Shown here piece after piece: positions 1 through 10,157 of a DNA stretch of 64,000 nt. Position 1 is the stretch's first letter; every line of letters starts with the position of its first letter. The translations under genes were made by a program, and so were the position numbers. Source of the stretch: Eledone cirrhosa (taxonomy: Eukaryota). Location: NCBI GenBank assembly GCA_964016885.1, contig OZ024740.1:83266001-83330000 (forward strand), given 5' to 3'. The notes beneath the pieces are model-generated. The model ran no database searches, had not been told where the DNA came from, and was given only the letters and a program-made list of their open reading frames with translations.

Positions 1-379
1 CTGTAATACGATGAATTGACCAACTCTACCTTCTTCTTAGTCCTTTCATTACAATTCCATGATTTAGTCTTTGTATGGCGGGCAGATCCCTTTCTCGACA
101 TTAATGATGGTTTTGTCATGGCTTCTTTATGTAACCCGGCCCTATTTCTTCGCGTCTACCCGGGGAATAACTACATCGCACGTCTAAAGAAACATTTCCT
201 TCCTGTCTCTTTATATATATATATGATATTCCATGCAGTTTTTATGTTCAGCATCTGAAGAAGTTTATTCTTAACTTATCTATAATTCACATATATATTT
301 CTGTGTAAATTCTAAATGTTTAATAGAAAATGTGAAAATGTTTTTCTCGTATCAATATAGTTATGATGAGATGTTTATT

Positions 380-1100
380 CATGATTCGTCAGGAAATGGA
401 AAAAAATTAGTTAGGAAATGGAAAAATAAGTTCATCAAACATTTTCTAGAAATCCTATGCTTAAATAGATCCTTATCCGTTGACCTTTTAAAAACATTCA
501 CCATTCAGTTAAAATGATAGGTTTGTGGTTAAGAAACATTCTATGTTCCCCATAATGAATGTTCTCTAGCTCAATAATGTTGCCATGCAGTATAGAATGT
601 TCCGTTTTGATGTGTGAGTTATTGCATGAATTAGAGTTCAAATATGTGGCATTTTGTAAAATGTCTCTTGTAATTCTGCTGTTAAATATTTACAGAAATA
701 TATCTGAAAAAGTTAGTTCTTTCTCATTAGTTTCTGCTGTGAATCCAAGTGATGTCTGTAGGGTGCACTGTGCCGAAATGTATACAGAACCGGTTTTACT
801 TTCTCCCAACGTGTATATCAGTCATTCACCAAGCGTTTATATTTCCTGGAGATGTATTCCTTGAAAATGCATGATATAACCTTTCTTCTAGAAAACCTAT
901 TGCATTTCACATCCTTGGAGCCTGTTTAAGGCAACGCATGTCATCTCATACATAACATAAAATATGTGGACATGGACATTTAATAAACAAAGTTATAAAA
1001 GTCTCAGGGTATGTTATTGTGATTGTGCTCTTGCAACAGATGGTCATACTTGGAGATCAACTAGTCTCAGTACCTACATGTTTTTTGTTTCATTTGTGTA
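380..1100 (-). pseudogene. Highly decayed Penelope-like element RT/thumb remnant
   Basis: Minus-strand translation near 620-750 reads FTAETNEKELTFSDIFL*IFNSRITRDILQNATYLNSNS, resembling the PLE thumb motif (FT.E......FLD.....YL..S); many stops and frameshifts; boundaries approximate. Confidence 0.45.
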
Positions 1101-2423
1101 TTAATGGCTTTCTTGTAATCCATAGAATTTGTCTGCATTACTTGGAAGTTGCATACATAATCCATTTAGTTTTTGTTCTTTTCTGAACGAGTTTGAATAT
1201 TCTTTCATGAATGATTTAATTCCCCGTCTCCTTTTAGTAGTAGTTCACATCTGTAAAGTGTTCCTTAAATCTATCTTTACAAACACCCCTATTTACAACG
1301 ACAGTTACCTAAGTCGTTGTTAGATTCTTTTAGAATATTTGATTTATCATTTTCAATATGCATATGATTTCTCACTCTCTCTTTTAAATATGTTTATACA
1401 TGCCAATGGGAAATTTAGTAATTGTGTCTAAATATGTATCGAAATATTAATCTGATTTAATTCTCTTTATGGAATCATTTTCAACTTTCATGGTGCAATC
1501 ACACTAGAAACATTTTAATTTTGTGATATTTGATATTGTATAGGAGTAAACTAAAAAGAAACTCTTCAATAATAAATCATGTTTTTTAGGTTTCCTTTCA
1601 TTAATTCTGTGACTTGTAAGTTAACATTGTGTGCGCTGCGTTTAGTTTATTTATTTCATCAGTTTAGATGGTTTGTTGTAATTACCTATCTCTTACTGTT
1701 ATCTGGTGTATCTTGACATTTCGATATGTGTTAAGATTCCATCAAAACCCCTTAATAATCTTCCCAATCCGCGAGGAAAGACACAATCAAATGCATATTA
1801 TACTCATATGGTATAGTAAAAATATACAATTGGACGCGCTGAATTGTAAAATTCTAAATCAAACAGCGCAACTGGATTCTAGACTTCCATCGTTTACAAT
1901 CAACGTTGAACTAGGAACACAAGCTGTTTCAACGCAAAGGTATATAAGACCTGTCTGTTTAAATATATATTTAAAGAAGATACGTTTAAAACTTGAAATG
2001 TTATAGAGGTATGGATAGATTATACACTTTTGTTGTTTAATTCACGTTTTAATGTTGGAATGTATTAAATAACACCATCCGAACAAAAGCTATTCAACTT
2101 AGTAACTCCAGTACTGTCATATCTCATGATTATTAAAAGCTATTTCTTGCGTATTTCTTCGGAAATTGTGAGAATGTAGACCGCATCTGATGAAGGTATG
2201 TGTATTGTTCTCAATAAATGGGGGATTACATAAATAAGACATGTTTACACGCTTAAATATATAGAAATACACGGCTACTTACACATTTTTTGCATCTTCA
2301 TTTGAAATGTTAAAAGTCACATGTATTTTACGTAAATAGGCTGATAAATACAATAAATATAATGCATGTCGTATGCAGATGTTTCCAATACATTATAAGT
2401 AATTTGCAATTGTATATATATAT

Positions 2424-3521
2424 ATACAAATGAATATATGATAGGGATAAACACTGATACAAGTATACATGTGTGTGCATTGCAAATGACCAAGTTAGCT
2501 AGATTGAAAAATACTAATTAAAATAATACGGTTTGCCTGTCTCGATTTAAAATAATAAATCAATAAAAACAAACCTATATTGGCAATAGCCGTGATACCC
2601 GGATAAATTTTAAATTTTAAATTTTAAATTTGTTTCGCAACAATTAAGTGAAATTTCATATTCCTGTGCTCTTCACCAGGTATCCAGAAATTCGTAAGAA
2701 GACTGAGAGAAATGTGTTGTTGAACGCACATGTGTCGCAGTGTCTAGCACGTCCTATACTCGTGTCGCTAAAAATAGCAGCCGGTTTTATGGGACTAAAA
2801 ATTAGCTCAACGCATGGAGCCGAGAATATTATATATAGAGTTATAAACTCGAATAGTCTTTTACAATTAAATAGCGCAAAGAAAGGAATATTTCTGAGCC
2901 GTGTAATACAATTGATAGGGTAAACACTGATACAAGTATACATGTGTTTGCATTGCAAATGACCAAGTTAGCTAGATTGAAAAATACTAATTAAAATAAT
3001 ACGGTTTGCCTGTCTCGATTTAAAATAATAAATCAATAAAAACAAACCTATATTGGCAATAGCCGTGATACCTGGACAAATTTTAAATTTTAAATTTTAA
3101 ATTTGTTTCGCAACAATTTGTTGAAATTTCCTATTCCTGTGCTCTTCTGCAGGTATCCAGAATTGGTAAGTTTCACTTCAAAATACTTAAGAAGACTGAG
3201 AGAAATGTGTTGTTGAACGCACATGTGTCGCAGTGTCTAGCACGTCTTATACTCGTGTCGCTAAAAATAGCAGCCGGTTTTATGGGACTAAAAATTTGCT
3301 CAACGCATGGAGCTGAGAATATTATATATAGAGTTATAAACTCAAATAGGCTTTTACAATTAAATAGTTCAAAGAAAGGAATATTTCTGAGCCGTGTAAT
3401 ACAAATGAATATATGATAGGGATAAACACTGATACAAGTATACATGTGTTTGAATTGCAAATGACCAAGTTAGCTAGATTGAAAAATACTAATTAAAATA
3501 ATACGGTTTGCCTGTCTCGAT
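2424..3521. repeat. Tandem array (~2.3 units) of a ~470-500 bp non-coding repeat; a related copy lies at ~36830-37135
   Basis: AAACACTGATACAAGTATACATGTG recurs at ~2449, ~2922 and ~3424; the third unit is cut off by the Tx1 fragment at ~3523; the duplicated ORFs 2656-2958 and 3173-3460 reflect the repeat. Confidence 0.9.
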
Positions 3522-3522
3522 T

Positions 3523-4024
3523 TGGAATGTTGCCAGGTACTCACTGCCCCCTACCAAGCAGGTAATGCGATCAGTGGTACTTCCACTCTCGAGTTCTATA
3601 GCGGATTAGTGGTGGGCAAATGCGATGACGCACTCGGAGAGGTTTTGGTCCTCGACGAGGTCGAACTGACCAGTCTGTACCGGAGGACTTTCGAGCCGGG
3701 GACGATGGACAATTTCCAGAAATCGCTCGCTTGGCAGTGCTACCGGAGAGCACTGCCCGTTCGGGATAAACTCTACAGGCACGGAACTGCTGTCAGACAG
3801 ACCTGCCCAAGATGCGCACAGAACGACGAAACCGCTCTGCATGCACTTGTACGAGCATTACTGACTTATGGAGTTATGTCGAACAGCTACTGTCGCGTGT
3901 GAAACGAATCCGGCTATCGGCCGAGTCCATAGTTAAGATCGACCCGCCACCTTCCTTAGGTCAGGAAGAGCAGGACATTTTCCTCTGCCTGGTGGCCGTT
4001 GCGAAAGAGGTTATATGGTGGACC
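3523..4024 (+). mobile_element. Fragment of a diverged Tx1-like ORF2 C-terminus (zinc-finger region), truncated at both ends
   Basis: Translation MDNFQKSLAWQCYRRALPVRDKLYRHG..CPRCAQNDETALHALV and ..VAVAKEVIWWT aligns with the C-terminus of ORF 4357-7776; frameshifted; stops abruptly at (AAT)n. Confidence 0.9.
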
Positions 4025-4027
4025 AAC

Positions 4028-4093
<66 letters not shown>
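4025..4093. repeat. (AAT)n microsatellite, 3' flank/tail of the Tx1 element
   Basis: AAC followed by about 22 perfect AAT units. Confidence 0.98.
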
Positions 4094-4095
<2 letters not shown>

Positions 4096-4356
4096 TTTCT
4101 TTATTAACCACAAGGGTTTACATAAAGTAGACATTAAGGACAGTGCAGGACAATGCAGGACGGTACAAATGGGCATTTCTGCGTGTAAAAAAAACAAAAA
4201 CAGAGGATGTAACAAAAATAACAATGAAAATAACAATGAAAAATTCCCCAATAGGGGGGAGACTTCGGAGGGACATTTGTGGAGAAAGCCCAGTAAAAAG
4301 CCACAATGACCCTGACCACCAAGGCAAGTGCCCTCTCCCAGTTTTCCACCTTTAGT

Positions 4357-7300
4357 TTACAGATATATACTCAGAGTCGGCCCATTCACTCGGGCCATTC
4401 TTGCTTCTCTCACCCATCTTTCAACAAAATGCTGGGAAGAGAGCACTTCCTTCTCTACTCTGATTTTCCTTTTCAAATGAAATTTGAAAAAGTCAATCAG
4501 AGCATCACCGAAGAGGTAAGTGCTCGTCTTCAGCCCTTTCAAACGTGTCCACCATACTATCTCTTTCGCCATGGCCACCAGACAGATAAAAACTGCCTGC
4601 CCTTCCCGGCTAAAGGAGGAGGGCGGGGCAATCCTCACGATAGACTCAGATGATAGCTGGATCCGTCCTAAACGCGACAGCAGGTGTTCGACATAAACCC
4701 ACAAGTCAGCAATTTTCGGACACTGGACGAGTGCGTGCAGGACGGTTTCGTCGCCCTGCGCGCATCTCGGACATGCCCGGCTGACGGCACCTCCATGCCT
4801 GTAGAGTTTATCCCGAACTGGCAAGGCTCCTCGGTAGCACTGCCAGGCCAGAGATTTCTGGAAGTTGTCCATAGGCCCTGGCCCGAAAGTTCTTCCGAAG
4901 AGATTGGCTAGTTGATTTTCGTCGACGCCTAGAGTTTCCCCAAGTACGTCGTCGCTCTTCCCCTCCACTAATCCTCTATAGAACGCCGAGGTGGAGTTTC
5001 CACCGATCACATTGCCCGATTGGTCGAGGGCTGTGAGCGCCTGAAGACATTCCAGTCTCCAGGCGCTCCCTCTCGGTCTTCGCTTGACCCAGGACTGCAG
5101 CTCCGTCAAGGAAACGAGCTGGGGAAAAACGCGTCTAGCAAACGGCGACCACACCTGATCACCGTCGAGGAAGAGGTGGAGATGTCGTAGCCTGAGCGCG
5201 TGCCTGCGCATCATCAGCCACGGCATGCCCAGCCCTCCACGTAGCGGGTGTTGACAACAGATGGACCGCCTGACCATCGGAGCACGTCCCTTCCACAAAA
5301 AGCGAAAGAGCAAACGCTCCAGCGCAGTCAGGCGAGGCTTAGGACAGGGTACGACGGTTAGGCGGTAGCAGATGACAGACGCGATGTACGCGTTAGCCAC
5401 CTCCGCTCGACCTTTCAGGGATAGCTTCCTCTCCGCCCATTTCTGGGTGAGAGAAGCCACCCTGCTCGTCACCTCGTCCCAGTTTTTGTCCGTCTGGAGG
5501 TCCGGACCGAACCAGACCCCTAGCAATTTAACCGGTCCGTCCGTCCAGCGCCCGACGACGCTGTTGGACGGCATGGACCTGCCTCTCCAGGTGCCGAGCT
5601 GCAGGCCCACTGACTTTTCCTGGTTGATCATTGCTCCTGTCACCACTTCGTATTCTCTTAGTGTAGTGCCGATCGCCTCGATGTGTTTGGCGTTCGACAC
5701 CACTACGGTGACATCGTCCGCATATGCTGACACGGATCTTCCGCATCCTAGTTCGCGCGGGACTCCCCTCAACGTCTCCAGTTTGTGCAGTAATGGCTCG
5801 AGAGTCAATACGTACAAGAGGGACGAGAGGGGACATCCTTGGCGGACCGAGCGCATGATGTTGAACGGTTCCGACAGGTGACCGTTCACTCTCACCACAG
5901 AGCAGATGTCGCTGTGCATGGCAGCGATCCAGCCTCTGAAGACGGGCCCAAAGCCAGCCGCCCTCAGGACTGCCGCTAGGTAACGATGGTCGACCCTATC
6001 GAAAGCTTTCGACTGATCTAAATTGATCAAGGACCCACCCGTGCCAGGTTCCCTAGCTACCCTCTCTACGATGAATCGCATGAGGTGGAGGTTGTCGTGG
6101 ATGGATCTGTCGGGAATGGCGCATGTCTGCGCCTCTCCCACCAGACCACCAACGACAAGCGCCAACCTCTTTGCTAGCACCTTGGCCAAAATCTTAAACT
6201 CTGTGTTTAGCAGAGTTATGGGCCGGAAATTGTCTATGTTATCCCCCTTGTTCGGATCCTTTCTCAGCAGTGCCACCGCTCCTCGGCTCACAGAACTGGG
6301 AATTCTCCCGTTCTGTTGCCAGTTGCAGTAGACGTCCGCCAAGAGGCCTCCGAACAAGTCTGGCATCTGTACGTAAAGTTCATAGGGCAGACCATCCAAA
6401 CCAGGCGATTTACCCCTTGTGCAGCCAGTCATTGCCTCCCGTACTTCAGCGGCTGTTATCGGCTTTTCGCAACACTTCGCCTCAGTGGCCGAGAGCCGCG
6501 GCAGTCCGTCGAGGTAGACACTAAAGTCCATCCCTCTACCCGGCCCCCCGCTGCCCCCGAACAGCTGAGCGAAGTGTCGCTGAAAAGCTTCACACATTTG
6601 CCCGGGATCGAGTAGCATGCGCCCGTCGTGGTCCACCAAAGACCGGATCGTGGCTTTGTTGCCACGACGCGCCTCCGCCACTCGGGCCCATTGAACGGCT
6701 TTCGTCCCCTCGTGTCTGAGAGCACGCACCCTAGCTCTGACAACGCAGCCTTCGTGCTTTGCATTGAAGAATTGGTCAAGGGCCAATTTCGCCGCAAGCA
6801 CGTCGGTCGCAATGCCTTTGCTAAGCGCCTCGTCTAATTTTCTAACTAGTTCTCCCTCTGCTCTATTTTTCTCTATTGCTAAAGCCTTACTAAACCTAAT
6901 CGATTCTATTCTAATCGCTCTTTTCAGAGCAAACCACCACTTGTTGTTGACGATGGCCCCCGTCAACGCCCGCTTAACTAGTTCGCTAATCCGGTCTCTG
7001 TAGGCCTTGCGCACTGGTAAGGACGCGTTTAGCTTCCAGTAGCCGGGTCCTCGTCTATGAAGCCTATCTAAGTCAAGCACACAGGTCACGAATTTGTGGT
7101 CCGTGTAGCTGACTATCTTGAATTGTGGACAGCCTATGCTAGACCTATCTATTTCCCTACAAAATACTCTATCTAGATATGATCTGGATGACCCTATGCG
7201 GTTTGTCCAAGTCCACATTGGCACATACGGGAAATCCAATCGGTACCTGTCAGACAGTTCAAAACGCCTGAGCAGGTTGGTGAGGCTCTTGCACCCTCCA

Positions 7301-7776
7301 ACCCTATCCGCTAATCCCACACAGTCCCAGCGTGCATCTAAGATCCCGTTCCAGTCGCCCACTAACACTAAAGAGCGGGACGTTCCAAGAAAGGTCTCCA
7401 GACGCCGGAAGAAATCAGGCCGCCCTGCTCCTGTCGGGGCATAGACGGCCACTAGCCTGAAAGCTTGCCCGTCTCCGCTGGTCACGTCCAGCACCACCAG
7501 CTTACCCTCTGGGTCCAGGAAGATGGCCCGTATGGCGAGATCCAAACCTCTCCGAAAAAGCACAGCAACTCCTCCACCCGATCCAGGACGGCTGGGAGAT
7601 GCGTACACATCGTAGCCGCCGAAGATCGGTGCGAAGGCCCGTGCTTCGGAGATTCTGGTCTCGCTGATGGCCACTACATCTATGTTTAGTGACCTGAGGT
7701 CGTTGAGCAGGTGACCCTGCTTCCATGACGACCCCAAGCCACGCGCATTTATGCTGCCTATTCTGAGTGAGGTCAT
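4357..7776 (-). CDS. Tx1-like ORF2: APE endonuclease, reverse transcriptase and C-terminal zinc finger (1139 aa)
   Basis: APE motifs SINARGL, ISET, VYAP, GDWN, YLDR, TDH; RT motifs KSPGLDG, FRPITLLN, DQSKAFDRV, VRQGCPLS, YADD; CPRC..ETVLHALVQC; no stops. Confidence 0.96.
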   Translation of the reverse strand: MTSLRIGSINARGLGSSWKQGHLLNDLRSLNIDVVAISETRISEARAFAPIFGGYDVYASPSRPGSGGGVAVLFRRGLDLAIRAIFLDPEGKLVVLDVTSGDGQAFRLVAVYAPTGAGRPDFFRRLETFLGTSRSLVLVGDWNGILDARWDCVGLADRVGGCKSLTNLLRRFELSDRYRLDFPYVPMWTWTNRIGSSRSYLDRVFCREIDRSSIGCPQFKIVSYTDHKFVTCVLDLDRLHRRGPGYWKLNASLPVRKAYRDRISELVKRALTGAIVNNKWWFALKRAIRIESIRFSKALAIEKNRAEGELVRKLDEALSKGIATDVLAAKLALDQFFNAKHEGCVVRARVRALRHEGTKAVQWARVAEARRGNKATIRSLVDHDGRMLLDPGQMCEAFQRHFAQLFGGSGGPGRGMDFSVYLDGLPRLSATEAKCCEKPITAAEVREAMTGCTRGKSPGLDGLPYELYVQMPDLFGGLLADVYCNWQQNGRIPSSVSRGAVALLRKDPNKGDNIDNFRPITLLNTEFKILAKVLAKRLALVVGGLVGEAQTCAIPDRSIHDNLHLMRFIVERVAREPGTGGSLINLDQSKAFDRVDHRYLAAVLRAAGFGPVFRGWIAAMHSDICSVVRVNGHLSEPFNIMRSVRQGCPLSSLLYVLTLEPLLHKLETLRGVPRELGCGRSVSAYADDVTVVVSNAKHIEAIGTTLREYEVVTGAMINQEKSVGLQLGTWRGRSMPSNSVVGRWTDGPVKLLGVWFGPDLQTDKNWDEVTSRVASLTQKWAERKLSLKGRAEVANAYIASVICYRLTVVPCPKPRLTALERLLFRFLWKGRAPMVRRSICCQHPLRGGLGMPWLMMRRHALRLRHLHLFLDGDQVWSPFARRVFPQLVSLTELQSWVKRRPRGSAWRLECLQALTALDQSGNVIGGNSTSAFYRGLVEGKSDDVLGETLGVDENQLANLFGRTFGPGPMDNFQKSLAWQCYRGALPVRDKLYRHGGAVSRACPRCAQGDETVLHALVQCPKIADLWVYVEHLLSRLGRIQLSSESIVRIAPPSSFSREGQAVFICLVAMAKEIVWWTRLKGLKTSTYLFGDALIDFFKFHLKRKIRVEKEVLSSQHFVERWVREARMARVNGPTLSIYL

Positions 7777-7810
7777 GTTTAAATAGAGTGGAAAAGATGG
7801 GAAAGACCAC

Positions 7811-9904
7811 TTACCGTACTTTTGGTAGAGGAGGGATGGTTTTTACATCCCTTTTCACTTGATCGTCTGGTGAAGGGACCGTTGAATCGTCCCTTCGGCT
7901 GGTCGTCGGCTCTTCTAAGAGAATGTCTGAATATACTCTTCGATTGATGGTTCCTCCTAGGTCCCTGAAATCACCAACTGCGTTGGGGAATTTCGTTTTA
8001 ATGTTTGTGTATTGTTTCTGTGCTATTTTTAGCAGTCTTATGTTAGTTGGCGTTTTGATTGGTGCTGGTATTATGTAGTCCTGTTGTGAAATGTCTGTGT
8101 GTTCAATTATGTAAGTCATTAGTTTCTTGTTGTGTGTGTTTATTGCCGTGCATTTGTTTTTCTGGGGGTGGGGTGTGGTTCTGCTATTTTCTTGTCGTTG
8201 TTGCTGGGTGTGTGTGTTTTGTTGTTGTGTTTGCGATGTTGGTGCTTGTGGTGGTGGTGTTGAAGGTGTTGTTGGCGGTGGGGTTGTCGCCGGTGGTGAT
8301 GGTGGTGCTGGTGTGGGTGGTGATGGTGTTGGTGGTGTTGCTGCTGTGGGTCTCTTTGCAGTAGACTTTACCCTTTTCTCATTTCTTTCCTCCCTTTTCA
8401 AAGGCGACGATGCGCTGCTTCTGCGTTTGTGCCTTCTTGCGACCTTTTGCCATCCCTCTCCCACCTCACACTCCATGTCTGATTCTGTAAGGTCGGGGAG
8501 GGGTACCAGCTCCACTCTTTCACTTGTTGTTGTTGGTGATGTTTGCACTGGAGTCTCTGTTGCAGCTGCATTTGGTATTGCTGTTGTTGTTGTTAATATT
8601 TCCACTGCTGCTGCTGTCTTTGATTTCCGTGGAGTGGGTATGGGTGCCACGGACCTATCGTTCCTGGTTGCCGCTTGTCCTGTTGCTGGTAGCTGTGGAG
8701 CCGGATTCGGAAGGAGGGGGGTTTTCTCCTTTCTCAGGGTCTTCTCGTTGCAGAAGGCCCTGAGGTGAGTCTTCGATCCACAGCGAAAGCATTTCGGGCG
8801 TTTGCCCTCAACACTTATGGGCAGTTGAGTGCCGTTATCGAAGTCTATCACATCCGGGATAGCTTCGATGCACTCCTGGTTGGTTTGGATTAGCATCTCA
8901 ATGGAGGAGCCGACCCAATCTTCTCTTACTTTTTTCTGTACTTGCAGTACAGTTGTTTTGTCCTCGATTCCGACGAGGACAGATGCGGCCAGCCAAGAAG
9001 GGGTCATTCCGGGGGGGACGTGGGTCAGTTTGACCCTCACAATTTTTTGCCCGCAGTAGGAGGGCACCAACACCATTTCCTCGCTCCTTAGGGTCACTAC
9101 TGATTGGGCCTTTGCCTCCTGGGGTGTGGCAAAAAGTACGTCTACGGTGGCGTATTTTTTGCCTCGGGTGATGTGCGTTTTCCTCTGCCACACAGACCCC
9201 AAGGCTTTTTGTATTTGGGCCTCTGTGGCTCTTTCCACCCTACGGGATTTTGTACTTACTGTACGGTACGTGACCGTACAGTGCTCTTGGGTTTCGAAAA
9301 AATTTTTCGCTGCCTTGCAGATTGCTCGGTGTCCGTTCTTTGTCACCATCTTCTTCGCTTCCTCTAATTCCTCATTTGTTATGAGGATTGTTTCCAAGTT
9401 TTTCGCAATACCTGCAAATGAGATTGGTTTTTCTCTGCTGTTGTTGTTGTCGTCAGAGCTGCTGGTACTTTTGTTGCTGCAGGTACTACGACTACTGCCT
9501 CCGCCGCTGTTGCTGTGGTTGTTGTTGGTGTTGCTGCTGCTAATGCTGTTGTTGTTTATGCTGCTGGTGATGCTGTTGCGGCTGCTACTGTTGTTTTCAT
9601 TGTCACTGTTGCTGTTGTTATTACGGCTGCTACTGCTATTATTCCTGACGTCAGACGAATGAACTGGGTTTTCGTATTTCCCGCACACCTGTTTCGTCGC
9701 TGTCGTCGTCGTCGTGGAGAAACCTTGCACGCTTTGCACGAGACTTTTCTTTTCTTTCGTCGCTTGCGAAAGAGAAGGGAGGGAGAGAGACACATTTAAA
9801 GAAGGGAGGGAGAGAGACAATCTTCTCTCTGCTGTAGTGATGATTGAGGAAGAAGAAGACGGAATGAGTGGGAGTGACGTATGAAATTTCTTTTTCGTAG
9901 CCAT
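7811..9904 (-). CDS. Tx1-like ORF1 gag-like nucleic-acid-binding protein (~697 aa from the first ATG)
   Basis: Zinc knuckle CFRCGSKTHLRAFC (CX2CX4HX4C); upstream RRM-like region; N/S-rich and P/T/Q-rich low-complexity segments; first ATG at 9904 (the ORF track starts at an upstream TTG, 9937). Confidence 0.88.
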   Translation of the reverse strand: MATKKKFHTSLPLIPSSSSSIITTAERRLSLSLPSLNVSLSLPSLSQATKEKKSLVQSVQGFSTTTTTATKQVCGKYENPVHSSDVRNNSSSSRNNNSNSDNENNSSSRNSITSSINNNSISSSNTNNNHSNSGGGSSRSTCSNKSTSSSDDNNNSREKPISFAGIAKNLETILITNEELEEAKKMVTKNGHRAICKAAKNFFETQEHCTVTYRTVSTKSRRVERATEAQIQKALGSVWQRKTHITRGKKYATVDVLFATPQEAKAQSVVTLRSEEMVLVPSYCGQKIVRVKLTHVPPGMTPSWLAASVLVGIEDKTTVLQVQKKVREDWVGSSIEMLIQTNQECIEAIPDVIDFDNGTQLPISVEGKRPKCFRCGSKTHLRAFCNEKTLRKEKTPLLPNPAPQLPATGQAATRNDRSVAPIPTPRKSKTAAAVEILTTTTAIPNAAATETPVQTSPTTTSERVELVPLPDLTESDMECEVGEGWQKVARRHKRRSSASSPLKREERNEKRVKSTAKRPTAATPPTPSPPTPAPPSPPATTPPPTTPSTPPPQAPTSQTQQQNTHTQQQRQENSRTTPHPQKNKCTAINTHNKKLMTYIIEHTDISQQDYIIPAPIKTPTNIRLLKIAQKQYTNIKTKFPNAVGDFRDLGGTINRRVYSDILLEEPTTSRRDDSTVPSPDDQVKRDVKTIPPLPKVR

Positions 9905-10117
9905 GTTTTTTTGTTTAAAATGAAATTTTGGGTACAAAACCCCAATAACTGGTTATTTAACCCCGAAGGGCCAAATAACGGACAGAAAGACCCCTCTCAC
10001 GAGGAGGAGGGTGTCTTTATCAACAATTTGGTTCAAGTTTTAAACAATTTACAATTGTTTTAACGGTTAAAAATTACTATACCTTACAGAGCCGAGCCTC
10101 CGTCAACCATGGCATTC

Positions 10118-10156
<39 letters not shown>
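10118..10156. repeat. (AAT)n tract between the Tx1 5' end and the Dong-like element
   Basis: 13 AAT units. Confidence 0.97.

Positions 10157-10157
<1 letters not shown>

Larger units (their letters stand above)
4094..10117 (-). mobile_element. Full-length Tx1-type (L1 clade) non-LTR retrotransposon inserted in (AAT)n
   Basis: Two uninterrupted minus-strand ORFs 34 bp apart; the 3' UTR ends AATAAAGAAATC followed by (ATT)n; the 5' end GAATGCCATGG is preceded by (ATT)n. Confidence 0.93.

Noticed and set aside
2187-2275. CTGATGA boxes at ~2187, ~26490 and ~24476-24482 (minus) as hammerheads
   Set aside because: No convincing stem II, GAAA and stem I arrangement
2656-3460. Duplicated ~100-aa ORFs
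   Set aside because: Arise from the tandem repeat; no recognisable domain, and indels differ between units
5372-9799. Plus-strand ORFs overlapping the Tx1 element
   Set aside because: Antisense shadows of GC-rich or low-complexity coding sequence; no motifs
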